A DNA stretch of 63,337 bases, filler included, from Octopus bimaculoides (taxonomy: Eukaryota), in the NCBI RefSeq assembly GCF_001194135.2. It is 4 parts of 4 records of this genome, joined end to end, with 100 filler letters (N's around TTAATTAATTAA, not from the genome) between each part and the next. Parts side by side here need not be neighbours in the genome. Positions count along the whole stretch, not along the records: positions 1 to 17,761 come from NC_068996.1; positions 17,862 to 34,486 come from NC_068986.1; 2 more parts are not named here. One strand, given 5' to 3'. Both the position numbers and the translations under genes were made by a program. Positions 11,432-24,052 of the stretch are shown here, in pieces (within the stretch, counting starts at the first letter, position 1; the number at the start of each line of letters is the position of its first letter). Under the pieces are notes generated by a model that searched no databases, had not been told where the DNA came from, and saw only the letters and a program-made list of their open reading frames with translations.

Positions 11432-12655
11432 GATGTATCCAGTATAAGCTATGGACACATAAGAGGTGCAGCAACATCAAAATAAGATTAACCAGGAAGA
11501 TAGCTTTCATGTGCAGCAGATGCACCGGGGCAATAAACACCACAGATGCTCAGAAAACAGACTCCATCACATACCAGGGGGAGAAACTAGAAGTAGTTGA
11601 CAGCTTCCGCTACCTAGGTGACCAAATCTGTAGTGGGCGGTGGATGCTCAGAGAGTGTTACCATTAGAATAAGAATAGCCTGGGCAAAGTTCAGAAAGCT
11701 TCTACCCCTACTGGTGACAAAGGGCCTCTCACTCAGAGTGAAAGGCAGACTGTACGAAGCATGTGTGCGAACTACCATGCTTCATAGCAGTGAAACATGG
11801 GCTGTAACTGCTGAAGACATGTGTAGGCTTGAAAGAAATGAAGCTAGCATGATCCACTGGATGTGTAATGTCAGAGTGCACACACGACAGAGTGTAAGCA
11901 CCCCAAGAGAAATGTTGGACATAAGAAGCAACAGATGTGGTGTGCAAGAGAGGCGTTTGTGCTGGTATGGTCATGTACTATGGATGGATGAGGAGAGCTG
12001 TGTGAAGAAGTGCCATTCCCAAACAGTGGAAGGAATCCGGAGTAGGGGTAGACCCAGGAAGACATGGGATGAGGTAGTGAAGCATGACCTTCGAACATTG
12101 GACCTCACAGAGGCAACGACAGAAGACCGAGACCTCTGGAGGTATGCTGTGACTGAGGAGACTCGGTAAATAAAGTGAGTCCACAGCTGTAACCTACACC
12201 AGTGGCACATAACCAGCCCACTCTAAAGTACCTTGGATCATAGGGCAACATGCTGTGCTTGAGGAGACCTATTGAGTCAAGTACATCAACATCAGCAATA
12301 TCAAAATCAAATCAAATGGAAATTGAAGTTGTGAGCCTCATGCCAGTAGCATGTAAAAAGCACCATCTGAACATGGTCGACGCCAGTGCTGCCAGACTGG
12401 CTTGTGTGCTGGTAGCATGTAAAAAGCACCATCCAATTGTGGTCAATGCCAGCTCTTGTGACCCCTGTGCTGGTGGCATGTAAAAAGCACCCACTACACT
12501 CTCAGAGTGGTTGGCATTAGGAAGGGCATCCAGCTGTAGAAACACTGCCATATCAGATTGGGGCCTGGTGCAGCCTCCTGGCTTCCCAGACTCCAGTCGA
12601 ACCATCCAACCCATGCCAGCATGGAAAACGGACGTTAAACGATGATGATGATGAA
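11432..12655 (+). mobile_element. 5'-truncated RTE-clade LINE: RT C-terminus, 3' UTR and (GAT)n tail, one frameshift near 11630
   Basis: EKLEVVDSFRYLGDQI, AWAKFRKLLPLL, KGRLYEACVRTTMLHSSETW, RRLCWYGHV, RGRPRKTWDEVVKHDL are typical RTE ORF-end motifs. Confidence 0.92.
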
Positions 12656-13168
12656 TATATATATTCCCACTCAGGAAAGAATATAACAGAAATAGTTTTG
12701 GTGTCTGAAAATGCACCTGAATCTCAAACCACAGTCGTTTTTAAACTTATTCAAATACCAAACCAGGTTTGACAATTTTTTGCTCATCAATGGTATAAGA
12801 AATAAATAAATATGGGGTTTTGGACAGTTTAAAGTTACATGGTAAAATTCAGAAAAAGCATGTTTAAATGATCAGATGTTTACAGAAATTTCAATGAGCT
12901 TCACAGTGATAGACAGTAATATAAGTTTTAAATGTTCATTGAAGACGATAACAAATATACATGATTGGAAATTCAGTTATACTGAATTTTTTTTTTTTTT
13001 TTTTTAAAGCAGAAAGAAAAAGATGAAGAGAAAGAAAGAATGTTTTTTTTTTTTTTACCATTTCTGTCATGGTGTATGTAGGAGTTCTTCAAATTCAGTC
13101 ATAGTAAATGAGGCTTTTCTTGTTGGTCACTTGTTAGAGTTTGAAATGTTATAAGTAAAAAATTGTTT

Positions 13169-13207
<39 letters not shown>

Positions 13208-13537
13208 CTACTAATAATAATATAAATAATATGCGAGTATATGCATATCTACGTACATGTATGTACATACCTACACCTACATGTATATATAGATGCATAA
13301 CTGGGTACAGGACGTCACAAAAAAACGTGGACAAAATGAAAAACAAGAATATAAACAAACATGGAAAACAAACTTTTTTCGGACAACGGTAGGAACACAC
13401 AGGAAAACAGACAGGCTACATAGAGAACATTTCCTTCATTAGCTGCCCCTATTCTAAACTAAGCGTTTCGAAGAATTAGGGCAGGACGCATTGTTAGGAT
13501 AGCTCTTCCTGCAAAGCAAATTAAAATAAAATTTGTG

Positions 13538-13569
<32 letters not shown>

Positions 13570-13860
13570 CNNNNNNNNNNNNNNNNNNNNNNNNNNNNNN
13601 NNNNNNNNNNNNNNNNNNNNNNNNNNNNNNNNNNNNNNNNNNNNNNNNNNNNNNNNNNNNNNNNNNNNNNNNNNNNNNNNNNNNNNNNNNNNNNNNNNNN
13701 NNNNNNNNNNNNNNNNNNNNNNNNNNNNNNNNNNNNNNNNNNNNNNNNNNNNNNNNNNNNNNNNNNNNNNNNNNNNNNNNNNNNNNNNNNNNNNNNNNNN
13801 NNNNNNNNNNNNNNNNNNNNNNNNNNNNNNNNNNNNNNNNNNNNNNNNNNNNNNNNNNNN

Positions 13861-13948
13861 AATGTTATTATTATTAATATTATTCAGGTCACTGCCTGGA
13901 ATTGAACTCAGAATCTTGGGGTTAGTAGCCCGCAATCTTAACCACTAC
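13861..13948 (-). mobile_element. Family E head, inverted copy (rest hidden by N gap)
   Basis: Reverse complement of 14058-14150, including the same aataatattaataataataacatt variant. Confidence 0.8.
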
Positions 13949-14054
13949 GTTCATCAATGGTAAAAAAAAAATATAGGGTTTAAGACAAATTCAGAAAATT
14001 CAGAAAAGCATGTTTAAATGATCAAATGTTTACAGAAATTTCAATGAGTTTCAC

Positions 14055-14315
14055 ATATGGCGTAGTGGTTAAGAGCACAGGCTACTTACCCCAAGATTCT
14101 GAGTTCAATTCCAGGCAGTGACCTGAATAATATTAATAATAATAACATTGAAAAATACCTTAGGAATGAGAACCCAAGTTCGAAATTTCCCCAGGACACC
14201 TGATGAAGACTGGAGGATATATAAGCTGAAACGTTTAACAACAAACAAGATAAGGACAAATATCCGTCAAATGTAAATAATGTACATAATTCCTCATATC
14301 TTAAATATAGAACTG
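14055..14315 (+). mobile_element. Family E element (tRNA-like head + hammerhead-type tail)
   Basis: A box tggcgtagtgg (14058-14068), B box gagttcaattcc (14101-14112), gacacCTGATGAagactgg...agctGAAAcgtt (14195-14235). Confidence 0.8.
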
Positions 14316-14344
14316 AAATATATATATATATGTGTATATATATA

Positions 14345-14375
<31 letters not shown>

Positions 14376-14879
14376 ATGTGTGTGTGTGTTTATGGTAAAC
14401 AATCAAGTTCCGATTGGTTGTAAATTTGATGATGTTTTGGTCAAAATAGTTTTGTTTTGGCAATGTCCAGTGTTCTGGTTGGTTGACTTACTGGTGAGGA
14501 CTTGGTAACCTGTTTTTGTCTGATGGTCATCAAGCATTCTTGTTGATTGGTTCCTTTCAGTTTGGTCAGCTCATTACTTATTTGTTTTCATGAGAGTCCG
14601 GTTTTAACCAGAGAAAAATCTCATTGCTTTAATCTGGTGTGATATCAGCAACTGGTGTTTGAGAAGGTGTTACATGTTATGTACAGTATTTTGGAGTTGG
14701 GGTTTCATATCTCTAAGAAAACCTGTTACTAAAACTTTTCGATTTATATCTGTTGTCTCTGGTAACTTTTCTTGAATAAACTAGGTTTTCTCTATCTGGT
14801 GTTTTATCATAGGATATTTAGTTGTGGTAAACATGTTTTTACAAACTTTAATTTTTAACTTTAAACTCTCCTAAATCCT

Positions 14880-14914
<35 letters not shown>

Positions 14915-15015
14915 CCATCAATAAGCAAAAGATTTGAAAAAAATCTATTACAAAATTTAAAAACAACTATACATTTTGAGATTCAGGTGCATTTTCAAGC
15001 CCCCAAACAAATTCT

Positions 15016-15053
<38 letters not shown>

Positions 15054-15120
15054 TTGCTACCAATTTATTTATTTTAAAAAACAAACAAAACAACTCACTG
15101 ATTTAATCTCACTGTCAACA

Positions 15121-15882
15121 GACCAATGATATCGTTTCTGTCTGTTTACAAACCAATGATATCGTTTCTGTCAGTCAACAAACCAATGATATCGTTTCTG
15201 TCTATTTACAAACCAATGATATCGTTTCTGTCAGTCAACAAACCAATGATATCGTTTCGGTCTGTCAACAAACCAATGATATCGTTTCTGTCTATTTACA
15301 AATCAATGATATCGTTTCTGTCTATTTACAAACCAATGATATCGTTTCTGTCAGTCAACAAACCAATGATATCGTTTCTGTCTATTTACAAACCAATGAT
15401 ATCGTTTCTGTCTGTCAGCAAACCAATGATATCTTTTCTGTCTGTCAACAAACCAATGATATCGTTTCTGTCTATTTACAAACCAATGATATCGTTTCGG
15501 TCTGTCAACAAACCAATGATATCGTTTCTGTCTATTTACAAACCAATGATATCGTTTCTGTCTGTTTACAAACCAATGATATCGTTTCTGTCTGTTTACA
15601 AACCAATGATATCGTTTCTGTCATTCAACAGACTAATGATATCGTTTCTGTCTATTTACAAACCAATGATATCGTTTCTGTCAGTCAACAAACCAATGAT
15701 ATCGTTTCTGTCTGTCAGCAAACCAATGATATCGTTTCTGTCTATTTACAAACCAATGATATCGTTTCTGTCTGTCAACAAACCAATGATATCGTTTCTG
15801 TCTATTTACAAACCAATGATATCGTTTCTGTCTATTTACAAACCAATGATATCGTTTCTGTCAGTCAACAAACCAATGATAT
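15121..15882. repeat. 30-bp minisatellite (aaccaatgatatcgtttctgtcWRtYWaca), 25 full units plus a partial unit
   Basis: Directly visible; the array resumes at 17646. Confidence 0.97.
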
Positions 15883-16282
15883 TCTAGTAACGCCGTGCGC
15901 ATGCGTAGACTCACGCATACGTAGAATTCAACATCCAAGCGTTCCCGCTATTTTCTTTCTCTTCTCGACTGGTCGGCGATTGAGCATGGACGTGTCAAGC
16001 CTTCTCTCCATCTTTCGAACTCACGCCAGACAGCTCACATCTACAATCCGGCGTCTCAGCATCCACTCACGCACACGCTAGACACATCAACATACCAACG
16101 TCCCACGCTAGATAGCTCACATCAACATACCAACGTCTCAACAACCAAGAGTAAAGCAGTCTATTTACCACCATGAATAAATATTGTTGTGTTGATTAGT
16201 TTGGAGTTCTGCGTTCCGTTCATTCTAATTTAATATAGGAAAGCAGGTGTACATCTAATGGTGTATAACCCACATTCCTATA
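15883..16282 (+). repeat. 5' LTR (400 bp)
   Basis: tctagtaacgccg...cccacattcctata; contains aataaa and an internal tandem duplication cacatcaacataccaacgtc. Confidence 0.9.
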
Positions 16283-16284
16283 AC

Positions 16285-16297
16285 TGGTGACCCCGAC
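16285..16297 (+). promoter_or_regulatory. Primer-binding site complementary to the tRNA-Trp 3' end
   Basis: TGGTGACCCCGAC two bases after the 5' LTR; complements eukaryotic tRNA-Trp 3' ...GUCGGGGUCACCA (from recall). Confidence 0.8.
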
Positions 16298-17294
16298 TAA
16301 AGAACAAACGCGGCCATGGATTCTGAACTACCAAGCAACGATGACCACCAACGCCGTCGACAACAACAACCACTACCAACTACGAGCATCGCCCCCCGAC
16401 GTCGCCAACAGTTTCAACAGGACATCATTACCACCGTCAACATCATTACCACCACACATACAGAACACAGCTACAGCTATAAACCAGTTCCTGCGCCGAC
16501 GTCTTCACCATCAATGTACTGTCTACCACAATGTCGTGNNNNNNNNNNNNNNNNNNNNNNNNNNNNNNNNNNNNNNNNNNNNNNNNNNNNNNNNNNNNNN
16601 NNNNNNNNNNNNNNNNNNNNNNNNNNNNNNNNNNAACAACCCCACCACCAGGGACACACCAGATCAACACACTCGGTTTTATCTTCACTGTATGAGCGGA
16701 ATATCTACTCACGGACAACAGTCAGAACTAACCGACTAGGATATTTAATACCAGGTAACAGGTCTCAACTAGCATCGACGCTCAACTACAGCTCTGCTCA
16801 CTGACAACGACTTCCTGCGTATTAACATTCCAAATCTCCTTGTATAACTTTTATGGGATATTCCGTACCAGGTAACACAAGTCCTAGCAGTCGACGCTCA
16901 ACTACAGCTCTGCTCACGGACCACAACTTCCTGCGTATGGACATACTATAATCTTGTGTAACTCTTATACGAACTGGATTTTTTCTCTACAGACACTTTT
17001 ACTATGTTCTGTGTTTTTTTTCTCTCTCACACACACACTTGTTCACTCATATATTTTCTTTCCTTTCAGAACATTGCATGCATGTATCTCACAAGTGTAC
17101 ATTCATTTCTTTGATTTTTCTTTGTGTGTGTTTGTGCCACATCTTGTGGGTGGTTTTCAGTGGCCATCCTGCCTCAGGCGTTCNNNNNNNNNNGTTTGTG
17201 CCACATCTTGTGGGTGGTTTTCAGTGGCCATCCTGCCTCAGGCGTTCCTCCAAAAATTATATTATCGTGCGTTCCACACTGGCAAGGGGAGCCC

Positions 17295-17645
17295 TGTAGT
17301 AACGCCGTACGCATGCGTAGACTCACGCATGGGTGGAATTCAACATCCAAGCGTTCCCGTTATTTTCTTTCTCTTCTCGACTGGTCGGCGATTGAGCATG
17401 GACGTGTCAAGCCTTCTCTCCATCTTTCGAACTCACGCCAGACAGCTCACATCTACATTCCGGCGTCTCAGAAACCATGTTCTCACACACAGAAGGCGTC
17501 TCAACAACCAAGAGTAAAGCAGTCTATTTACCACTATGAATAAATATTGTTGTGTTGATTAGTTTGGAGTTCTGCGTTCCGTTCATTCTAATTTAATATA
17601 GGAAAGCAGGTGTACATCTAATGGTGTATAACCCACATTCCTATA
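17295..17645 (+). repeat. 3' LTR (351 bp)
   Basis: tgtagtaacgccg...cccacattcctata, collinear with 15883-16282. Confidence 0.9.
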
Positions 17646-17761
17646 ATATCGTTTCTGTCTGTTTACAAACCAATGATATCGTTTCTGTCAGTCAACAAAC
17701 CAATGATGTCGTTTCTGTCAGTCAACAAACCAATGATGTCGTTTCTGTCAGTCAACAAACC
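17646..17761. repeat. Continuation of the 30-bp minisatellite (~4 units) up to an assembly gap
   Basis: atatcgtttctgtctgtttacaaaccaatgat... Confidence 0.95.
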
Positions 17762-17861
17762 NNNNNNNNNNNNNNNNNNNNNNNNNNNNNNNNNNNNNNN
17801 NNNNNTTAATTAATTAANNNNNNNNNNNNNNNNNNNNNNNNNNNNNNNNNNNNNNNNNNNN
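17762..17861. other. Synthetic scaffold spacer 44N-TTAATTAATTAA-44N
   Basis: Identical 100-bp construct at 34487-34586 and 53843-53942; the 12-mer has stops in all six frames. Confidence 0.95.
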
Positions 17862-17948
17862 TAGATAGATAGATAGATAGATATAAACGTGTCCACACGC
17901 GCGCGCACACACAAACACACATACATACATACACACATATATGAATGT

Positions 17949-18240
17949 GAAGGTGTATGGCTCAATGGTTTGAGCGGCGGGCTCACAACCATGAGGTAGT
18001 GAGTTCGATTCCTGGACTAGGCTATGTGTCGTGTTTCGAGCGAGATATTTCATTTCACGTTGCTGCAGTCACTGGGGCTAAGCCGTATCGGCCTTTGTCG
18101 TTCCTATAAATAACATCGGTGGCATCGAGAGGGGAGGCTGGTATGCATGGGTGACCGCTGGTCTTCCATAAACAACCTTGCTGGGACTTGTACCTCGGAG
18201 GGGAACTTTCTAGGTTCAATCCTATGGTCATTCCTGATAG
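17949..18240 (+). mobile_element. tRNA-derived SINE (family G)
   Basis: ggtgtatggctcaatggtttgagcggcgggctcacaaccatgaggtagtgagttcgattcctgg: A box, B box gagttcgattcc. Confidence 0.75.
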
Positions 18241-18254
18241 AATATATTTATCTT

Positions 18255-18308
<54 letters not shown>

Positions 18309-20007
18309 CGTGCATGTACGTGTGCTTTATCTATATAATGATACATATAGGCATACATGCGCCTATATCCACACCACAGTTAAAAGCATTGTTACGTAAG
18401 TACGATTTGTATTTATACATACGTTCATAAAGACATTCATAAGTAAAACCCGCGAAGACACAAACGCATTTTCACACAGGATAATATTAAGGAAATGGTC
18501 TGAGGAGTGAGGAGAAATACATAAAGAGAATGGTTAGAGAAAGGAGAGGAGAATGCTTGTAATAAGAATTGGGTAAATGCAGGTAAGAAACAGAAGTATG
18601 TGCCTGTGTGCATACGTACAACCTCCACAAACAAGGGCGCTTTTAAAAAATGTTAAGCGTGGGTATTCAGAGAAAGAAAGCCATTCCTTGATGCTGGAAA
18701 GAGAAGTGCTAAGAGGTTAAATGATAGAAATCTCATTATGTCTTACGTGTATAAAAGTATCTCTAGACGCACTCTGTCCGAAACTACGCTTTCTATATTG
18801 AACTTTATCATGAGTTTAGAGACGTCCCGAACATTTTGTCTCCCATTCTCATTAAATAACACCGCTTGATTCGTAAGAGGTTTTAGCAGAATACATTCTG
18901 TTGCAAACACTCGAAGATTTTTCGATCCCATTCCCACCCATATTTTTATGCAGACCTTGACTTGCATATATTCACGCTGTATATCCGCATGTAAATCTTC
19001 GTAATCAGAATTGCAGATGAGAATTCGGAGTATATTATTAAGATCGGTCCAATAAATAAGGTAAATATTTGTATGTCAGTTTCGCCGGCAAGTAGATTGC
19101 GGCCTGATTTCATCGACGGTTATTCTTCTAATCCACTGGATACAACTCATCATATCAGAAGAATTCATATAGAGAAAGAACACGCTCAAAAAGATGGAGG
19201 TGTGCGGTGGTACTGGCTTCGAGTATTTTAGGCCTGATACGCTGTTATCATTGGGTTTGACAATATATAAATTTCTCATACCCAGTGTGATGCGTTGAAA
19301 TATTTTAAGGTGTAGTTAATGAATTTTGTTGATAATGGACGTTTTCAATATATTTAGGATAAGGTTAATGGTGATAAGAACATAATCGGAAAAATAGATT
19401 GATGAGCAATAGGGGAGAGTATTTGCTGATTGAGAATGGTAAGTTCGAGATACATCGGATAGAGGTAGTGTTTCTCTAAAGTCCCTTGGTTTGCTTCCCG
19501 AACTTCTAGTTTCGCCTTTTTCTCTAACCATTTTTCTAGCTGTCTTTATTTTTCTTTTTGCATTCTGAAACCAATCTACTACGTTCGGCTGTATATGTTT
19601 GATGAGTTGTGTCAGTGTGTGCAAGTAAAACATTTTAAACACTACTTTCTCGCCACTTCCGGTTTTCGTTGTTTAACCCAGATCAATCCTGCTTGAGCAG
19701 ACCTTTGTTTAAGAGTATCCCAATTGTGATCACCATCAGGTACGAGGTATGCGGATATATATGTACGCACATACACTGTGCCGCTATAAGTGTATAATAT
19801 TCTTTAAAATCTCTACATTTTCTAGTCTTCCTTTTCTCTTTTTTTTTTTTTTTTTTTTAGAATATTTTCTACCAGTGAATTTTACAGACTATCGTTTTAT
19901 TAACACTTTTCGATTTCATTAAAAAAAAAATCATTCAAAATATTTCTCATTTCTTCTTCGACTTCCTCTCTCACCACTGCTTAAAATCTTATTCAATATC
20001 GCATGTC

Positions 20008-20228
20008 ATATTGCTTTCAAATTTTCGCACAAGACCAGCAAGTTTGAGATATGGGTGAAGTCGACTATATCAGATCCAGTGCTCAACTGGTATTTATTTT
20101 ATTGACCACCAAAGGATGAAAGGCAAAGACGACTTCGGTGGAATTTGAACTCAAACGCAAAGACGGACGAAATGCTGCTAAGCATTTTGCCTTGCATGCT
20201 AACGATTTTGCTAGTTCGCCGCCTTAAT
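20008..20228 (-). mobile_element. SINE family F
   Basis: ccagtgctcaactggtatttatt...ggatgaaaggcaaagacgacttcggtggaatttgaactc...gctaacgattttgctagttcgccgcctt. Confidence 0.8.
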
Positions 20229-21149
20229 TTTGTGTCTTATTGAATATTTTGCTGATGCAGACCAACATCAGTTTATTTACTTTAGTTTTCTTGCAAAGAC
20301 GTGGCTACGTATTCGATCCCTGAATGGTATCTAAGGTAATTGTCTTCTACCACACCTTCGAACTAATCACTGCTTTGAAGTGGAAACAATTTTTCAGGGA
20401 AAAACTGCTCATGTGTATGTATACGTGCGTGCGTTCCTGTGCAAATGTGTGTGTGGATTTGTATGTATATGCTTGTATTTGGCTAGTGTTTGTGTACACT
20501 GTTATTAATCGGTGTATAAAATTTCAAGGGAAATAACTATGTAAAAGATACCGAGGAAAAATAGAGTTGACGTAATGGAATATGTAGAAGTAAATATATG
20601 AATAAAAAAATATGTTTTAAACATTTTGAAAAGCAACCAGTCGAACATTACGAACAGTGAAGGGATTGAACAAGACTGTTTATGAGTGAATAACAATAGC
20701 AAGTTTTGTAAGTTTTCTAGAATGGCATTTATGTATAGTTTCATCAGACTACCGACCTCTTCAAGATCAACAGTTTTAGAGCAAAAACTACAACCACTTT
20801 GTATGAAAGTTACTGTATGCAAATAACTGCATTTTCATCGCTCATAGGGCACAACAGATCATGAGAATCCTGCAGGGGCTCAAAATGACCGTTGGTCACA
20901 AAATCCGGTTTCAAATTAGACGTTGGAAACAAAGAAGTGCTATTTCAACCAATCGGTGTATCACATTTGATTGAGTTAATCTAAAAATTGTAGATGTAGA
21001 AGACTTTATTTTCTGTCGGTAGAATATTGAAAAACGAGTGTATTGATGCTAAGCTGAGAAAAATGATACCAAAAGCAGGTACAGATTTGGATGATCACGT
21101 CATTGAACAATCATTATGTTTCTACTAGCCATCATGTATATGTGTGTGC

Positions 21150-21191
<42 letters not shown>

Positions 21192-21205
21192 NNNNNNNNN
21201 NNTGC

Positions 21206-21245
<40 letters not shown>

Positions 21246-21285
21246 GTGTTTGCATGTACATGTATACATACATACATACGTACAT

Positions 21286-21346
<61 letters not shown>

Positions 21347-23958
21347 CATATATATATCATATATATATTGTATATGGTGCTATTATCTTTATATTCAATA
21401 CGATGGCTGTGTGTGTTTGTGTGTATGAAAGTGTGTATGTACCAGTAATTATTCCAATATGATTGTATAACTCGCATATACACAATAAGATGAGGATAAT
21501 TAACAACTACCAGCATGAACTGAGTAACAACACTCACACAATGATCCGAGAAGTTGAGAAGAGTAACATGTTTGCTATTTTGCACAGTAACAAATATATT
21601 GCAAAAATACTCAACGTAGTACAAGAAAGCATTAAATAAAAAAAAAATCGAAAATCAGCATGGTACAATTTGAAATTAAATTCAGTAAACTAATTAGCAT
21701 AGTAAACGCGCAAATGGAATCCATCTCATTCTAGTACATAGAAAAATTTAGCTCCGCAGACATTTAAGGTAGCATTAAAAAATAAACAAAGAAAATAAAC
21801 TCCTTCCAACACATAAACTCAACACACATGCGCATAGAATTGCAAAATGCTAGACAACATAATATAACAAGATATGTACAAATTCTTGAAATCCTACATG
21901 ATGTAGGTAACGTTGGGAACATTTCTACCACAGGGGCTGATAGTCTATTTACATACATCTCGGTGATAGAGACTATCACATAATACTACATAATGTATAA
22001 AAATACTCAACACTAAAACCACCCACTACAGCTAGAAAGTTACCTAGAAGTTTTTTTTTCTTTTGTAGTTCTCTTTTTTTATCCTGCATCAGCGTAGTAT
22101 GCTGCAGTTGTCCACAAAGCAGTTTATACATCCGAAAACCCGAAGTTCAGGGCTCCTCACTCGCGCTAACATTTGCGTCTTTCTCCTGCCTGATGCTGTT
22201 CCCAAGTACAGATCCACTGTCCGCACCAAGTATGTTGATCATATATTTATTATAACAGATACTGACAAAAGGGTTGGTAGTTTTAAAGATGATCTAGAAA
22301 ACAAAACTCTCTTACATTCACAATCCACCATAGCTCTATTATATTTATAAATTCAGTCGTTAACACTACTCACCTTAAATATAGACTTTGTAATAAAAAT
22401 AATAACATTTACTGTACCTTTGTATACACTAAAAATTAAATCAAATGACTTTACATGCACATAGATAATGAATGTTAACAAACATATAAAATATTCGTTG
22501 TCAAATTTCTTATACTAGCTTTTGAATATTCATCAACATAACCCTGGTAAGGAAATTCTAAATGTAAAACAAATATAAGTTAACAACGGGTACATTAATA
22601 TATAAGTATACCACGCCAGAGAACAAGGCAAAACAAATTCATCTATACTGATATACACGACGCGGCAATAAAATACTCACATGACGCATATCGAATAATG
22701 CAAGAACCAAATGCAAGTAAATATTATCTAATAAAACAGAACACATGTAACACTGGTCTAACCAGAGATTCACATTTAGAATATATCACTAAAATACCAG
22801 AACAGAATACCTCATTAAACAAAATCACAAACCAGCAAAAACTACATTTCAAAATACCAATACAGATTTATAAATTTCAATGCAATCGATAAAACCGTAA
22901 ACTTATGAATCAAATGCTACATTGGACATACATATACAATACCCTCTCGTCATTTGGACATGCATTTACAAGGAGTCATTGCAACAGACTACAACACATG
23001 CAACAAATATAGATATATAAACAATATTTGATAGCACTAAAATTCTGTATAGTATTCCACAAAAATGAAATGCGTATCTGTGGAGTCTTAAATACACGCT
23101 CAAATTTAAGACACGTTTAACGATATTAACTACGAAGTTTAACGAAAATAACTGCGTAAACAACCACATTTATCTATGGAATAATATTAATACTTTGCAT
23201 TGAAAAAACAAATTGAAAATAAAAACGACCAAAATTCCCATAATCCTTTGCGAGTTAATAAAATGTTTGCTTTCCCTGTCATTTTCCTGACAAACGACTT
23301 GGGATTTCAACTTTCAACTAGGGTCTGCTAATTACCTCATCACCTTCAATAAAACTGCTAGTATAAATGTGACTTTTAATATAAGGGTACAATTGGACTC
23401 TAAATATCGTTATCCTTATCACAGCTTTCATCAATTGGACTTCTTAATGGATTAGCAACATCAAAACTTCACAGACCTGAAAATTGCTTCATGAAAATGG
23501 CAGATACATTCTCGCACGAACAACGTACTAATCTTTGGTTGAATGAATCAAAGTGAATATGTTAAATAAAAGCAGTATTATACTTAATTTTAATATCGCA
23601 AATATATCGGGAGACTATGTCACTAGAAAATCGTCTAGAAGCGTTGGTGAGAATGTCACATGCGCAATTCTGCCTCACAGAGCTTTGTCAGTGGTATGTA
23701 TTCACTGGCAACTGCGTGCGTGTGTGCGTGCTTGCGTGCGTACGTTCGTGTGTGTGTGTGTTATGAATTTCTTAAAGGTAAACTTCAAATGCTGAAATAG
23801 ACTTAATTGAAATTTTACATACGGGAGTGGAAAATATAATGGAAACACTATTTTTTAAGTACTTTTCCTTTTGTTGACATTATGATGAATTCGAAACTGT
23901 TCTAGTCTGTGTGTGAGTGAGTGTGTGTGTGTGTGTGTATGTGTGTGTGTGTGTGTGT

Positions 23959-24049
<91 letters not shown>

Positions 24050-24052
<3 letters not shown>

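Larger units (their letters stand above)
15883..17645 (+). mobile_element. Small two-LTR retroelement, Ty3/gypsy-like, no pol seen
   Basis: LTRs 15883-16282 and 17295-17645, PBS tggtgaccccgac (16285-16297), PPT ggcaaggggagccc (17281-17294), ATAT duplicated at 15879-15882 and 17646-17649. Confidence 0.9.

Noticed and set aside
13405-13450. Hammerhead-like ggcag-CTAATGA-AGG...ctgtc on the minus strand
   Set aside because: No GAAA box and a mutated core; helix I alone is insufficient.
15121-15882. CRISPR-like appearance of the 30-bp array
   Set aside because: Units are contiguous with only a few recurring variants and no unique spacers; no cas genes; eukaryotic context.
15126-15887. 253-aa ORF of MISFLS(I/V)(Y/N/S)KP repeats
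   Set aside because: It follows automatically from a 30-bp unit with one stop-free frame; no unique domain, and the array is interrupted by an LTR element.
17130-17247. 54-bp direct repeat flanking a 10-N gap
   Set aside because: Most likely an unmerged contig overlap rather than a real duplication.
19540-19600. WFQNAKRK homeodomain-like motif in minus ORF 19316-19642
   Set aside because: The near-invariant Arg53 is Lys, upstream helices do not match, there is no strong splice acceptor, and a 4-residue match is plausible by chance in 63 kb.
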